Assembly: GCA_038845265.1 (NCBI GenBank)
Contig: JAWBQR010000003.1
Coordinates: forward strand, 32,001-96,000
DNA: 64,000 bases
Direction of reading: 5' to 3'
Origin: Nitrososphaerota archaeon
GTDB taxonomy: Archaea; Thermoproteota; Nitrososphaeria_A; Caldarchaeales; Calditenuaceae
Shown here: positions 9,595 through 18,492 of the stretch, one piece after another
Layout of the letters: each line of letters starts with the position of its first letter
Numbering within the stretch: the stretch's first letter is position 1
Notes under the pieces: model-generated
Seen by the model: the letters and a program-made list of their open reading frames with translations, nothing else
Databases searched by the model: none
What the model was told of the DNA's origin: nothing
Made by a program: the position numbers and the translations under genes

Positions 9595-10701
9595 ATGATA
9601 CTATGGATAAAAATGAAGTATCGAGACATGTTGAACAGTTTCGTGCCATATGAGTGGGAACCCTCCACAATGGAGATAGCGTCAAGAATTGGATTAGATC
9701 CTAAAAAAATCATTAGGCTTGACACTAATACTTCGCCTATCCCGCCCGTCAAACTTCTCTCCAAAATTGGCAAACGAATTCATAAGATACAGATTAATCA
9801 ATACCCTGATACTAGTTATTCTGCGCTTCGAGAGGCGATATCAGACTACACCGATATTTCAATGGATTCAATAATCCCTACGAATGGTGCTGATGAGGCA
9901 TTAGACATTATTTGTAAAATATTTCTTGAGAATGGATACGAGGCAATTGCCTCTACCCCAACTTATTCATACTTTAGAATAGCCGTCGAGCTGCAAGGTG
10001 GAAGATATGTAGGTATTATCAGGAATGCTGATTATTCAGACAACATAGAGGCAATCCTATCAAGAATAAATAACCAGACTAGACTCATATTTCTCTGCAG
10101 TCCGAACAACCCGACTGGTAACCTTACACCGATAGAAGACATAGAAAAAATATGCAAAGAAACCGATGCCGCCGTTGTTGTTGATGAAGCATATTACGAG
10201 TTCAGTGGTAAAACGGCTGCTAGTCTAATCGAAAAATATGATAATCTGATAATTGTAAGGACGATGTCAAAGGCATTCAGCCTAGCGGGTGCGAGGATTG
10301 GATATATCCTAGCATCCGGAAAAACTGTGAGGCTCCTAAATAAGGCTAGGCCTCCTAATAGTCTCGGGGTCATAAACATCGAGTTAGCCATACTTGCATT
10401 AAAGAAACGAAAATACATGTACGACCTGACTAGACTGATCAATAGTGAAAAGGAGAAATTATTTAGGAAATTATCTAAGATAGATGGTATGATAGTATAT
10501 CCCTCTGAGGCAAACTTTCTGCTGATAAAGTTTATAGATCCACCTGCAGATAAAGTCTATGAACACCTCTTGAAAGAAGGAATAGTTGTCAGGAATTTAT
10601 CCACAATACCCGCGACTAAGGATTGTTTGAGAATAACTATCGGTACAAAGAAACAAAATCAGAGATTACTCAACGCGCTGAATAAAATAAAGGGTGAATA
10701 A
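9595..10701 (+). CDS. hisC: Histidinol-phosphate aminotransferase
   Basis: NGADEAL, CSPNNPTG, VDEAYYEF, RTMSKAFSLAGARIGY (PLP lysine). Confidence 0.9.
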   Translation: MILWIKMKYRDMLNSFVPYEWEPSTMEIASRIGLDPKKIIRLDTNTSPIPPVKLLSKIGKRIHKIQINQYPDTSYSALREAISDYTDISMDSIIPTNGADEALDIICKIFLENGYEAIASTPTYSYFRIAVELQGGRYVGIIRNADYSDNIEAILSRINNQTRLIFLCSPNNPTGNLTPIEDIEKICKETDAAVVVDEAYYEFSGKTAASLIEKYDNLIIVRTMSKAFSLAGARIGYILASGKTVRLLNKARPPNSLGVINIELAILALKKRKYMYDLTRLINSEKEKLFRKLSKIDGMIVYPSEANFLLIKFIDPPADKVYEHLLKEGIVVRNLSTIPATKDCLRITIGTKKQNQRLLNALNKIKGE

Positions 10702-11116
10702 ATATATGCGGACCTATACATCAACAATAAAAATAAAATCGACCAACAGAGTAGAAATGATTAACATCACTCATAAAGTAAGTGAAATTTTGCGGAGTTC
10801 TGAAATAAAAAATGGCATAGTATTGCTGTTTACAAGGCACACAACGTCTGCATTGACCATAAATGAAGATGAGCATAGGCTAAAGAAAGATATCATGGAT
10901 TTATTGGAAAAGATAGTTCCAGAAAATGCAGATTATAGGCATAACGAGATAGACAACAATGCTGACGCGCATCTGCGTTCAAGCTTGATGCAGCCTTTCC
11001 TAATAATCCCCATAGTCAACGGCTCCTTACAATTGGGAACATGGCAGAGTCTATTCTTCCTCGAGCTAGACGGTCCAAGAAATAGAGAAATTATAGCAAC
11101 GATAATAGGCGAATAG
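10694..11116 (+). CDS. yjbQ: YjbQ/UPF0047 family protein
   Basis: HTTSALTINE, NADAHLRS, LGTWQSLFFLELDGPR. Confidence 0.9.
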   Translation: MNKYMRTYTSTIKIKSTNRVEMINITHKVSEILRSSEIKNGIVLLFTRHTTSALTINEDEHRLKKDIMDLLEKIVPENADYRHNEIDNNADAHLRSSLMQPFLIIPIVNGSLQLGTWQSLFFLELDGPRNREIIATIIGE

Positions 11117-11119
11117 GCT

Positions 11120-12595
11120 TTAAACTCCGAGTCTGAGATATGCGTCATTAAGCTCATAAATAAATTTATCACGCCATTTCTGAAACGCCTGAGGATATTT
11201 TGGATATTCTTCGTATAGACTGATTAGGCGCCTGCTTTTTTTCGCAACAAAGCTTAGACCTCGGGCAAGCCTCGGCCTTTCCATCACTCTTCTCCTCAAC
11301 TCTCCATCGATTAGAAGTCTCAAAAAACCGCTTAGAAGCGGAAATCTGGGATGTTCTCTCCTCTTTATGCTTTCAATATCTTCTTGTGATAAGAAGTATT
11401 TCATGCCAAAATTGATATCATCATTTGATAACGTTTGGAGATACCTCCTTAAGACCTCGAAGCTTGCCATCTGATAGCCATACAGTTTTACGTATTCTAC
11501 ATTGTATTTCCAGAGTCCATTTTCACTGACATCGCCGGATTCAATGGATTCTACGAGAGTCCTCCCAAGCACTACACTTGCATACAATGCGGGCCCCATA
11601 CCTCCTGCATCAATAGGCCTAGGCATCCATGCTGCATCGCCAATTATTGCAAAGCCGTTAGCGACCATACAATCATTTTGTCTCCTTACGGAGACTTGCC
11701 AAACGCCATATGAGTTACCGAGATCAAGCGGACCATTCGGCTCTCTCGGATTTCTAAGCACCATATTTGCCTTGACATATTTATCGATTAAAGATCTGAG
11801 AGTATCATTAAGCCCACTCATCATGTTGCGACGATCGAGACTTTTCTTCTGTATTCCTAACCCTATGTTTACCTTAGATTCTCCTTTTGGAAAAGTCCAA
11901 GCATATCCACCAGGCGCCAAGAATTGATCTAAATGAATCAAGCAATATTTCGGAGAGAACTGTGACTCATCATTTGCCGCTGGGTCGAACTCTAAAATAT
12001 ATCTACCAGTCGATTCTAAATCATTTTCCTTATCTATCTCTCTTTCTATCCAACTTTTGATCGGTAGATTCGCCCTAAGGATTGATGCTGCGCCTGAAGC
12101 ATCGACTACTACTTTAGCAGTCTTCTTAAAGATGCCCTTATCAATCATATTAATCCCTTCTACTCCCGAGATAAAGTCATTCCTGACTAAGAGCTTCCTG
12201 ACGTCTACTCCATGAGCTACATCTACACCCATTTTCTCAAGATACATAAGCTGTTTCCTAGACCATGCTTTCCTATTAACCAGATATCCATCACCATCAA
12301 AGATAACTTTCACTTCACGGTTGGGCGAATAGAGCAGGACACCATCGACCTTATGCTCAATTTCTGGGCTATCGTAGCGTATGCCGAGATTATTACACAC
12401 GTAGTCGAGACTCCTCTTGCTTACTGCATCACCGCATATCCAGCCACTCTTTGTCTTCTTCCCAAACTCCTCTCTTTTATTACGATCAACAAGGAGTATT
12501 CTCAGCCGCTGATTGGAAAATCTCGATATAGCCATCGCGGTATGACAACCAGCTACTCCACCTCCCACGATTATGACATCATAGTCGACATTCAT
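11120..12595 (-). CDS. Geranylgeranyl reductase family (digeranylgeranylglycerophospholipid reductase-like)
   Basis: GGGVAG FAD motif, CGDAV, APGGYAWTFPKG, GDAA...PIDAGG; start placed at ATG 12595. Confidence 0.85.
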   Translation of the reverse strand: MNVDYDVIIVGGGVAGCHTAMAISRFSNQRLRILLVDRNKREEFGKKTKSGWICGDAVSKRSLDYVCNNLGIRYDSPEIEHKVDGVLLYSPNREVKVIFDGDGYLVNRKAWSRKQLMYLEKMGVDVAHGVDVRKLLVRNDFISGVEGINMIDKGIFKKTAKVVVDASGAASILRANLPIKSWIEREIDKENDLESTGRYILEFDPAANDESQFSPKYCLIHLDQFLAPGGYAWTFPKGESKVNIGLGIQKKSLDRRNMMSGLNDTLRSLIDKYVKANMVLRNPREPNGPLDLGNSYGVWQVSVRRQNDCMVANGFAIIGDAAWMPRPIDAGGMGPALYASVVLGRTLVESIESGDVSENGLWKYNVEYVKLYGYQMASFEVLRRYLQTLSNDDINFGMKYFLSQEDIESIKRREHPRFPLLSGFLRLLIDGELRRRVMERPRLARGLSFVAKKSRRLISLYEEYPKYPQAFQKWRDKFIYELNDAYLRLGV

Positions 12596-12715
12596 CAAGG
12601 ACGATGAACAAAAAAGAAGTATAAAACCATTGCCAAAATTCAACAAACCAAATTACATCGCTAAATAAAAAGGGAAGTACTTAAATTGTTCTATTCTTTA
12701 GACACATTCAGATCT

Positions 12716-12790
12716 CGGGCCCGGCGGGACTTGAACCCGCGTTCTCCGGCTCCGCAGGCCGGCGCCTTATCCAAGCTAGGCCACGGGCCC
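12716..12790 (-). tRNA. tRNA-Arg(GCG)
   Basis: Reverse complement GGGCCCGTGGCCTAGCTTGGATAAGGCGCCGGCCTGCGGAGCCGGAGAACGCGGGTTCAAGTCCCGCCGGGCCCG; anticodon arm CCGGC-CT-GCG-GA-GCCGG; T-loop GGTTCAA. Confidence 0.95.
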
Positions 12791-12799
12791 CAAAATACC

Positions 12800-12940
12800 T
12801 CATTTATGATCAGCACACTCATTGATTATTTTTTCACATATTCTTCGCAATTCGTCTTTCATCATTGTTGCCTTGCTTGACAAAATTTTTTCTGCTTCTT
12901 CGAAAATTTTTTCAATCCGTTTAATGGTAGCCTCTTCCAT
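12800..12940 (-). CDS. Small charged helical protein (46 aa) downstream of atpD
   Basis: Hand translation MEEATIKRIEKIFEEAEKILSSKATMMKDELRRICEKIINECADHK*; fills the atpD-tRNA gap on the same strand. Confidence 0.55.
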   Translation of the reverse strand: MEEATIKRIEKIFEEAEKILSSKATMMKDELRRICEKIINECADHK

Positions 12941-12955
12941 ATTTTTTATTTATGT

Positions 12956-13615
12956 TTAGGATGATTTAAGGCTAGTTGTCGATGACCTTCTTTCGATTAG
13001 TCTTTTAATATGTTTAAGTTTAGTAAAGTAGTCCCTCTCCATTTCATCTAACGTCATTGTTATTTCTTGAATGGCCGAGTTGTATCGAGGTATTACGACA
13101 TATTCTAATGCATTTAGTAGCCTCTGAGTCTTTTTTAGCTCATCAGCTACTCTAAAGATTGCGCTTTCTGCAGCGGCAGCATTACATAATATGGGAACTA
13201 TCTTTTTCATTTTTCTTACTGCTTCGTCTAAGCTGATTGAGGTATCGCTGATGCTGTAACTGTATTGGATATCACTTGATTTGACCTCTATTAACGGCAG
13301 AGGTATTCCCATCATCGTATATTTATTAATCTCTATCTTTACCGTTTCGGGAACAGTTAATGCGATGCTTTCAATTCTTGTTGGGCCTATCTTGATGTAG
13401 CTATCCTGGACGGAGAGGTAAGCATCAGTGAGCAGCTCGGTTAACTGTTCTCTATAATGTTTTGCCTGTTCTATCAATTCATTTAGCCTAGTAACAAGCA
13501 CGTCACGCTTATCCTCTAAAATGCTGTAGACACGTTCGGCAACACGTACTGATCTCCTTAGCCTAATTAATTCTAACTTGGTTTTCAGGTATCCTCCTCC
13601 AAACGAGACAGACAT
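12956..13615 (-). CDS. atpD: A/V-type ATP synthase subunit D
   Basis: TKLELIRL...LEDKRDVL, KKTQRLLNALEYVVIP, LDEMERD. Confidence 0.93.
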   Translation of the reverse strand: MSVSFGGGYLKTKLELIRLRRSVRVAERVYSILEDKRDVLVTRLNELIEQAKHYREQLTELLTDAYLSVQDSYIKIGPTRIESIALTVPETVKIEINKYTMMGIPLPLIEVKSSDIQYSYSISDTSISLDEAVRKMKKIVPILCNAAAAESAIFRVADELKKTQRLLNALEYVVIPRYNSAIQEITMTLDEMERDYFTKLKHIKRLIERRSSTTSLKSS

Positions 13616-13721
13616 CTACTTTTCCGAGAACTCATTTTTTTAACTATAAAATAAATATTAAATCAATAGGAATGTAAGTAAGGTTATTTAATTTGGATTG
13701 ACTCATAATTAATTAGAATTT

Positions 13722-15134
13722 GTGATGCAACGCGATGCTTCAAGATTTGTGGGAGTTGAGTATACCAGTATATATGAGATTAAAGGCCCCTTAATCATTG
13801 TAGATAATGTCTATAGCGCGGCGTACGATGAACTAGTAGAAGTTGAGACGCCAAGCGGCGAGAAGAGACTGGGAAGGGTATTAGAGATTGGACATGGCAG
13901 GGCTGTTGTCCAAGTATTTGAAGGCACACAGGGACTATCTATAGAGGGCGTAAAAGCAAGGTTTCTTGGAACAACGATGAAACTCGGCGTATCTACGGAT
14001 ATGCTAGGCAGGGTTTTTGATGGTCTGGGGAGACCGATAGATGGTCTTCCTCCTCCGGTTACGACTGATTATAGAGACATCAATGGAGAACCTATTAATC
14101 CTGAGCAGAGGGACTATCCAAGTGACTTTATTCAGACAGGTATCTCGGCGATTGACGTCATGAACAGTCTTGTAAGGGGACAGAAGCTTCCTATCTTTAG
14201 TGGGTCAGGGATGCCGCACAACACTTTAGCTGCACAGATAGCTAGGCAGGCAACTGTTCCGGGTAAAGAAGAAGAATTCGCAGTAATTTTTGCAGCTATC
14301 GGAGTTCAGAATGATGAAGCAAGATACTTCAAGACAAGTCTAGAGGAAAGTGGTGCACTGAGTAGGTCAGCCCTCTTTCTAAATCTAGCAGATGACCCCG
14401 CTGTTGAAAGAATAATTACTCCAAGGGCTGCGTTGACTCTTGCAGAATACCTAGCATTTGAAGAAGATTATCACATCCTCGTTATATTGACGGATATGAC
14501 GAATTATTGTGAGGCATTAAGAGAAATAAGTGCGGCCAGAGAAGAGGTCCCAGGAAGGAAGGGTTATCCCGGCTACATGTATACTGATTTGGCCTCTATT
14601 TATGAAAGAGCTGGAAGAATTAAGAATCGTAAAGGAAGCGTTACACAGATGCCGATCCTGAGTATGCCGAGCGATGACATTACTCATCCGATCCCCGACC
14701 TCACTGGCTATATAACGGAGGGGCAGATAGTGTTAGGAAGAGAAATTCACAGGAAGGGGATCTATCCGCCAATTAACGTATTAATGTCTCTTAGTAGGTT
14801 GATGGGACCGGGAATCATCGCTCCTAAGAAAACTAGGCCAGACCATGGCGATGTAAGTAATCAACTCTATGCGTCATATTCACGTGCCGTCCAACTAAGA
14901 TCACTGGCAGAAATCGTGGGAAAATCAGGACTGACGAGCACTGATTTGAGGTATCTTGAGTTTGGAGACTTATTCGAACAGCGATTTCTTAGTCAAGATA
15001 AGGATGAAAATAGGTCTCTTGATGACTCACTTGATATTGCTTGGGAGATTTTATCATATCTTCCTGAGTCAGAGTTAACAAAGATCAAGCCAGAGTATAT
15101 TAAGGAACATTATAAGAATGTAGAAAAGAGTTAA
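13722..15134 (+). CDS. atpB: A/V-type ATP synthase subunit B
   Basis: [57 protein letters not shown]. Confidence 0.97.
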   Translation: MMQRDASRFVGVEYTSIYEIKGPLIIVDNVYSAAYDELVEVETPSGEKRLGRVLEIGHGRAVVQVFEGTQGLSIEGVKARFLGTTMKLGVSTDMLGRVFDGLGRPIDGLPPPVTTDYRDINGEPINPEQRDYPSDFIQTGISAIDVMNSLVRGQKLPIFSGSGMPHNTLAAQIARQATVPGKEEEFAVIFAAIGVQNDEARYFKTSLEESGALSRSALFLNLADDPAVERIITPRAALTLAEYLAFEEDYHILVILTDMTNYCEALREISAAREEVPGRKGYPGYMYTDLASIYERAGRIKNRKGSVTQMPILSMPSDDITHPIPDLTGYITEGQIVLGREIHRKGIYPPINVLMSLSRLMGPGIIAPKKTRPDHGDVSNQLYASYSRAVQLRSLAEIVGKSGLTSTDLRYLEFGDLFEQRFLSQDKDENRSLDDSLDIAWEILSYLPESELTKIKPEYIKEHYKNVEKS

Positions 15135-15155
15135 CTAAGTTGTCTATTAACTATT

Positions 15156-15971
15156 TTAAAATGTGTTGTACAAAACTAATGCAGTTAATCCGCCAAAGGC
15201 TGAACAAATAATATTTACAACATGATTGTTAATATAGCTAATTCCTTTTATTTTCTCACATCTTGTATTGCAGTGGATATAGTCCTCAGTAATTGAATGA
15301 CATATTGGGCATCGATATACTGCTTGTAATAATTGTCCAACTATGCTGTCGATGGTTGTCCCTCCTATTCCTGAGACAAGAGTAATCAATGCAAGTTTTG
15401 TCAGTGTTAATGACTTATTGTTAATTAGAAATGGAGCTAAAGAGGCTGTTAAGATTAATGTTGAAAAGAAAGCCCCAGCATAGCCGTATGTCGTGACTCC
15501 GCCAGGAGTTCCGGGCCTAGTCTGTTTGAGCCCTATTATTAGCCTTGTTGGGCCCCTGTACAGTAATCCGACCTCGGTGGCTAGTGTATCAGCGAAGACT
15601 GCTGAGACCGAGCCAATAAAGCCTACTAATGGTAAACTTGATGAATTGAAGGTAAGTATTGAATAGATGCTGAAGAAGATCGCAATGAGACCATTTCCTA
15701 AAACGTTTCGCCATCCTCTTATGCCTGTCTTTGACTCTGCGGCACCTATGCTTTTCTTATATTCATATCCTATTCTCGTAGTTAGCCCGGAGATGAACAT
15801 AAAGATACATAGAGCAACTATTCCTATTCTGCCGATTGTAAAATAGATTATTATGCCAATTATTGCTGCTGTTATGGTGCCTAGGACATCGAGTACTCTC
15901 AGTTTAATCGATAATAGTGCTATGAGTGATATAACCACAATCGACTCTATTATTAATGAGAGATGAATCAA
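15156..15971 (-). CDS. DUF92/TMEM19 family membrane protein
   Basis: RGWRNVLGNG, ADTLATEVG, PGTPGGVT, DSIVGQLLQ, CxxC insert, NNHVVN. Confidence 0.9.
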   Translation of the reverse strand: MIHLSLIIESIVVISLIALLSIKLRVLDVLGTITAAIIGIIIYFTIGRIGIVALCIFMFISGLTTRIGYEYKKSIGAAESKTGIRGWRNVLGNGLIAIFFSIYSILTFNSSSLPLVGFIGSVSAVFADTLATEVGLLYRGPTRLIIGLKQTRPGTPGGVTTYGYAGAFFSTLILTASLAPFLINNKSLTLTKLALITLVSGIGGTTIDSIVGQLLQAVYRCPICHSITEDYIHCNTRCEKIKGISYINNHVVNIICSAFGGLTALVLYNTF

Positions 15972-15974
15972 AGT

Positions 15975-17288
15975 CTATCTTCCTCCCTTAATTAAGTCTG
16001 CAATCCGCCATAACTCTTCTAACGAGCATTGTGTCTGCTCCCTTCTATTTAGATCTCGGACAGTTATTTGATGCTGTTCCACTTCTTTATCACCAATAAT
16101 AATTAGGAATCTTATGCCTCTTTTTTCGCATGACTTGATGACGTCGGATATTCCCCGCGCCATGACCTCGATCTCTGTTGCTATTCCCTGCTCTCTCAAT
16201 TTTCTTGATATGTCGAGGCTGTAGCCCCATGCATTTTGAGAAAGAGGTGCGACATACACATCGGGAGGTTGAACGACCTCAGTCTGGCCGAGCTTATCAA
16301 CTAAGTATTGGTAAACCCTAGTAATCCCGATAGCAGCCCCCACACCTGGGACTGGCCTCCCACCAAACAACTCCACAAGTTTATCATATCTCCCTCCCCC
16401 CGCGAGAGCTACTTCTGCCAAAGGACCATAAACCTCGAATATCATTCCCGTATAGTATCCGAGTCCTCTTGAGAATCCTGGATAGTAAATCAGTAATTCG
16501 CTGTTGATGGTCTTAGAAGCGAGCGTCACTATCTGGAATAAGTTCATAGCTGCTTCCGCTGCTTCTTCGTAATTATCGAGCATGCCTAACACCTTTTCTA
16601 CAAGGTTCTTTGCTGGCGCAGGCTCAATTAGTATCAATTCTTCTAGAGTTCTTATGGGTGCAAGATTCTTTGCATTCTTTTTAGCGAGGTCTCTTGCCTC
16701 ATCTATTCTAGCCCTGTCTATTAGTGAGAGTATCTCGTCCTGAATCTCTTCCCTTATTCCTGCTCTGTTCATAAGGGCTCTATGGATACCTACATGGCCA
16801 ATCTTGAACGAAAACTCCGCTATCCCAATATTTCTAAAAAAGTCATTTACTATCATTAAAATCTCGACATCAGCTATTGGATCTTTGGATCCGAAAAGCT
16901 CGAATCCACCATGATAAAATCTACGTCTTCTTCCCCATTGGGGCTCGTCAAGTCTGTAACAATCAGCTATGTATCCAAGCCTTAGGGGAAGTGGTCTTCT
17001 GCTAAGCTTACTGGCAACTATTCTTGCGACGGGGGCAGTCATTTCTGGCCTAAGTACGAGTTTTCTGTTATGCTTGTCAGTGAATACATACATACGTTGA
17101 AGTATCTCTTCTCCGGATTTGGCCGCAAATATTTCGTAATACTCTATTGGTGGTGTCTCTATCTGATTGTAGCCATAAAGTCTAAATAACTCCTTGACAA
17201 CTCGAATGATCTTATTAAATACTGTAAAGTCTTCTGGAAGCAGATCGTCCATCCCTCGTGGGGGTTCTGTAATCTCGGTAACTGGCAA
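15975..17288 (-). CDS. hisS: Histidyl-tRNA synthetase
   Basis: PRGMDD, LRPEMT, RGLGYYTG, GGGRYD, C-terminal anticodon-binding domain IIIGDKE. Confidence 0.93.
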   Translation of the reverse strand: MPVTEITEPPRGMDDLLPEDFTVFNKIIRVVKELFRLYGYNQIETPPIEYYEIFAAKSGEEILQRMYVFTDKHNRKLVLRPEMTAPVARIVASKLSRRPLPLRLGYIADCYRLDEPQWGRRRRFYHGGFELFGSKDPIADVEILMIVNDFFRNIGIAEFSFKIGHVGIHRALMNRAGIREEIQDEILSLIDRARIDEARDLAKKNAKNLAPIRTLEELILIEPAPAKNLVEKVLGMLDNYEEAAEAAMNLFQIVTLASKTINSELLIYYPGFSRGLGYYTGMIFEVYGPLAEVALAGGGRYDKLVELFGGRPVPGVGAAIGITRVYQYLVDKLGQTEVVQPPDVYVAPLSQNAWGYSLDISRKLREQGIATEIEVMARGISDVIKSCEKRGIRFLIIIGDKEVEQHQITVRDLNRREQTQCSLEELWRIADLIKGGR

Positions 17289-17395
17289 TTCTATCGCACA
17301 AATCCTTATTCATTGCTCCTTATTTATCATTATTTTCAGGGAGAAAACAACATCTTTTTTAACTCTGAGCCACCTATAATTTATTAGCGGATAGA

Positions 17396-18328
17396 ATGAC
17401 GAAGTGTTCGCGCTGTGATTCGGAAAAAGTCATATTCAAGCGAGAAGATTCAGGAGAGTTCTTTTGCAGAGCGTGTTTTATTGAGAGCTTTGAGAAGCGT
17501 GTAAGAAAAACAATAGCCAAGTATAATCTATTAAGGGAGGACGATAGGATAGCCCTTGCCCTATCCGGAGGGAAGGACAGCCTCGCTCTCCTAAAATTGT
17601 TGTCGAGACTAGAAAAGAACTTCCCAATGGCCTCGCTTGTTGCTATAACAATCGATGAAGGCATTCCTGGCTACCGAGATGAGTCTCTTAAACTAGCTAT
17701 AGATCTTTGTAATAAGCTAGATGTGGAGCACTATATCTGCACGTTTAATGAGCTATACAATATTACCATTCATGAATATATGTCAAGCAATAAGAGAGAA
17801 AAAATTGGTCTTGGTCCATGCAGCTTATGCGGAATCCTCAGACGAAGAGCACTAGACATAATGGCTGAAAAAGTAAATGCAACAGTCATCGCAACAGCGC
17901 ACACGTTAGACGACATAGTTCAGACATACATAATGAATATACTTAGAGGAGATCTACCAAAGGGATTAATAGGTATTAGAAATGATGAGGTACCCATCCC
18001 CAGAGTCGCGCCTTTTAGATTAACACCAGAAAGAGAAGTAGTCCTCTATGCATACATCCAAGGAATACCATTCCAAGAGACGCCCTGCCCATATGCATCA
18101 TTTTCACAAAGAGATCTAATAAGAAGATTCTTAACAGAATTTGAGGAAACCCACCCTGGCTCTCTGTACGCCGCATTGTCGAGAATTGAAGAACTGCTAT
18201 CTGGACAGGAGAGGAAATATGGAAAAAAATTATGCAAATCCTGCCTAACCCCCTCTTCTAATGATTTATGTAGGGCATGTCAGGTAATGAATGAATTACT
18301 TGGACTGAAAACTACTTCGACTCTCTAA
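17396..18328 (+). CDS. ttuA: tRNA 2-thiolation protein (TtuA/Ncs6, TIGR00269-like)
   Basis: N- and C-terminal CxxC zinc fingers, PP-loop SGGKDS, CSLCGILRR, TAHTLDD, CPYA. Confidence 0.85.
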   Translation: MTKCSRCDSEKVIFKREDSGEFFCRACFIESFEKRVRKTIAKYNLLREDDRIALALSGGKDSLALLKLLSRLEKNFPMASLVAITIDEGIPGYRDESLKLAIDLCNKLDVEHYICTFNELYNITIHEYMSSNKREKIGLGPCSLCGILRRRALDIMAEKVNATVIATAHTLDDIVQTYIMNILRGDLPKGLIGIRNDEVPIPRVAPFRLTPEREVVLYAYIQGIPFQETPCPYASFSQRDLIRRFLTEFEETHPGSLYAALSRIEELLSGQERKYGKKLCKSCLTPSSNDLCRACQVMNELLGLKTTSTL

Positions 18329-18428
18329 GCGATGAATAGATAACATAGGCAACATACAGCGCTACACCAATTACAAATAGATAGTAAACATTTGAGTATA
18401 GCATGTCTATGTACTGTTCAAGACTCAT
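18312..18428 (-). CDS. Small single-pass membrane protein (38 aa)
   Basis: Hand translation MSLEQYIDMLYSNVYYLFVIGVALYVAYVIYSSLRESK*; one clean TM helix; lies downstream of rgy. Confidence 0.45.
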   Translation of the reverse strand: MSLEQYIDMLYSNVYYLFVIGVALYVAYVIYSSLRESK

Positions 18429-18492
18429 GAATGTGTCATCCCTTGAATTTATGAAGCAAATGGAATCTTATTACCTTTTCTAAAGAGTCAGC

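Noticed and set aside
12686-12880. 64-aa ORF
   Set aside because: It is the antisense reading of tRNA-Arg.
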